Below are positions 62,016-64,000 of a DNA stretch of 64,000 nt, piece by piece. The stretch is taken from assembly GCF_009914755.1 (NCBI RefSeq), contig NC_060940.1; one strand, given 5' to 3'. The DNA is from the human T2T-CHM13v2.0 reference genome, Homo sapiens. Within the stretch, counting starts at the first letter, position 1, and each line of letters starts with the position of its first letter. The notes below the pieces were generated by a model. That model was given only the letters and a program-made list of their open reading frames with translations, was not told the DNA's origin and searched no databases. The position numbers were made by a program, and so were the translations under genes.

Positions 62016-62539
62016 ATTTTCTATGAAAAGCTAGAATTGATGATTATAATGAGTAAGTTGGCTCTTCCTTTTCCCATGTAGATTAGAAAACATGTTTTTA
62101 AATCTTCTAATTGAAATTATTCTTAAAAAACCCCAAAGTCTGACATGACTCCAACTATTGTTGTTTTCATCAATATCAATCCTATCAAATCAAAGTTTAT
62201 TTTAGTGTGTAATTAACACATGTAGACTAGAAAAGTTTGCACTTTTTTATATCACAAAAAAGGTTAATTTTATTTTCTATGGAAAGCTAGAATTGATGAT
62301 AATGAGTAAGTCAGCTCTTCTTTTTCCCATGTAGATTAGAAAACAGGTTTTTAAATCTTGTAGTTGAAATTATTCTTAAAAAACCCCAAATCATGACATG
62401 AATCCAACCATTCTTGTTTTTATCAATATTCACCCTATCAAATATAAAGTTTATTTTAGTGGGTAATTAACATGTGTAGATTAGCATAGCGTATGTGTAT
62501 TTATATAACAAAAAATGAATCAAAAGTTAATTTTATTTT
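62016..62539. repeat. Diverged tandem duplication, ~256-bp unit x2
   Basis: attttctatg(a/g)aaagctagaattgatgat at 62016 and 62272; colinear throughout. Confidence 0.93.
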
Positions 62540-63764
62540 GGGCAGTGTTCCCTAGAAACTTATAATATGGCCCCATGCACTTCAGGTTGAATTTTCTTAG
62601 TAAAATCATAAAGAGGTCCATTTTTTCAAAAAATCACCAAGTCAGGCTGCAAGTTTAGAGGTTACTTCTATTGTTTCACTTCTCTTTCTTCCCAGAAGCA
62701 GACCCCAGAGACCTGTGAGCCAAACTCCACTCACCTTTTAGCTTATTCTAAATGTGTCCTGCGGGCTTCTCTGTGAATAAAAGGCAGAGGCTTTTTGACT
62801 TCGTGTTTGATGATTTGGCTTTTTTCTTTTTTTTACCACCTGACGGGGGATTTCAGGCTCAATGTCCCAATCGAAATAAGAATCTTTGAGTGGGTTAACA
62901 TTGAGTCTTAAAAAGGAGGGCTGATTTGTTGGAGAGGCAACAACGAATTCATTTTTCACTGTAGAGCACTCAGGAGGAGTCTGAAGCTTTGTCACTGGGC
63001 AACAGAATGCCTTTCTAAGTAAATATGGAAAATATGACCTTTGAAAATCTAGCTGATATGATATATAGATTCTTAGGATATAATTTTTAAAAAATATATT
63101 ATTTCCAAGCACTAATGATACTCCAGAGATACTGCCCACAACCAGATGCAGCATGTTTATAGTGTATCTAGGCCAAAAAAAAAAAAAAAAAAAAAAATAG
63201 AAGATACAGAAGAAGGCAATTGGTCAAAAGATTAACTGAAGGTTTGAAAATAATTTTATACACATTTGTACTGTTGGGGTCTCTCTTCTCTCTGTCTCTG
63301 CTTATCCTTCTGTCTCTGTCTCTTTGTTTCCATCACACATGCACACACACACACGTGTATACACACACATATATGTAAGTAGATCAATATGTTATAATTT
63401 TCACAATACGCATCTTCTTTTGCTACTTTTCAGATACAGGTCATTAAATTACTAAGTATAATTTAAAATATATGGTCTGGCCTTTTAACTCTGCAGTTCA
63501 ATTAATTCTTGGGTAGATAGGGGGATCTGCTGAAAAGTTTGTCTCTGACGCCTTCAAAGGTAAGTCCCTTATGTTCTGGCATTTGCTCTAATAACATGAA
63601 TTCTTTGACTTCATTCATCCAATCTCTTCATTGAAATTGTGTGAAATTCCATAGATAGAATGTTAGCCTTTTTACAGAGAATACAACATCCACAGTGTTT
63701 ACATATGGCATTTGGAGGTGTGATGGCTGCTTGAAAATCCAGTAGGAAATTTGTCTATTCACCA

Positions 63765-63880
63765 CATACATTCATTTATTCATCCATCCATCCCTCCATT
63801 TATCCACCCACCTCTCTATTCATCATCCGTTTTTCTGTTTATCTATTTGTCCATCCATGCATCCATCCATTCACTCCATT
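63765..63880. repeat. Degenerate (TCCA)n
   Basis: Seen directly. Confidence 0.8.
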
Positions 63881-63895
63881 CTCCTTCTAAAAGTT

Positions 63896-64000
63896 CTTTT
63901 TTTTGAGACGGCGTCTTGCTCTGTCGCCCAGGCTGGAGTGCAGTGGTGCAATCTTTGGCTAACTGCAAGCTCCACCTCCCAGGTTCACGCCATTCTCCTG
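63896..64000 (-). mobile_element. AluY-like, truncated by the window edge
   Basis: gcaagctcc...ggttcacgccattctcctg diagnostic positions. Confidence 0.8.

Overview
Human (primate) genomic DNA, recognisable from the encoded protein as the 5' end of PRKCB (protein kinase C beta; chr16p12 from memory). The only real coding sequence is PRKCB exon 1 (ATG 55554 to donor 55726/55727) and the 32-nt exon 2 (56753-56784), on the + strand. A TATA-less CpG-island promoter with an octamer, two GC boxes and four CAGCTG E-boxes lies directly upstream. The ~55 kb upstream is repeat-dense intergenic DNA: more than 55 Alus, L1/L2/MIR/CR1 fragments, MaLR/ERVL/ERV1 LTRs, a MER2 and microsatellites. Nearly every ORF in the supplied track is a repeat-derived or GC-rich artefact. 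I found no new gene system. The most unusual features seen directly in the sequence are: (1) a ~175-bp two-piece templated insertion inside an LTR, made of a direct copy of 7101-7150 and an inverted copy of 5908-6011; (2) an ERVL provirus fossil with gag, RNase H and integrase but no protease or RT core; (3) a twin-primed L1PA2-type insertion; (4) a perfect G-quadruplex 40-bp minisatellite inside an old L1; (5) a colinear CR1/L3 ORF2 fossil; (6) convergent CTCF-core motifs flanking the PRKCB promoter. Repeat boundaries and subfamily names were assigned by eye and are approximate.
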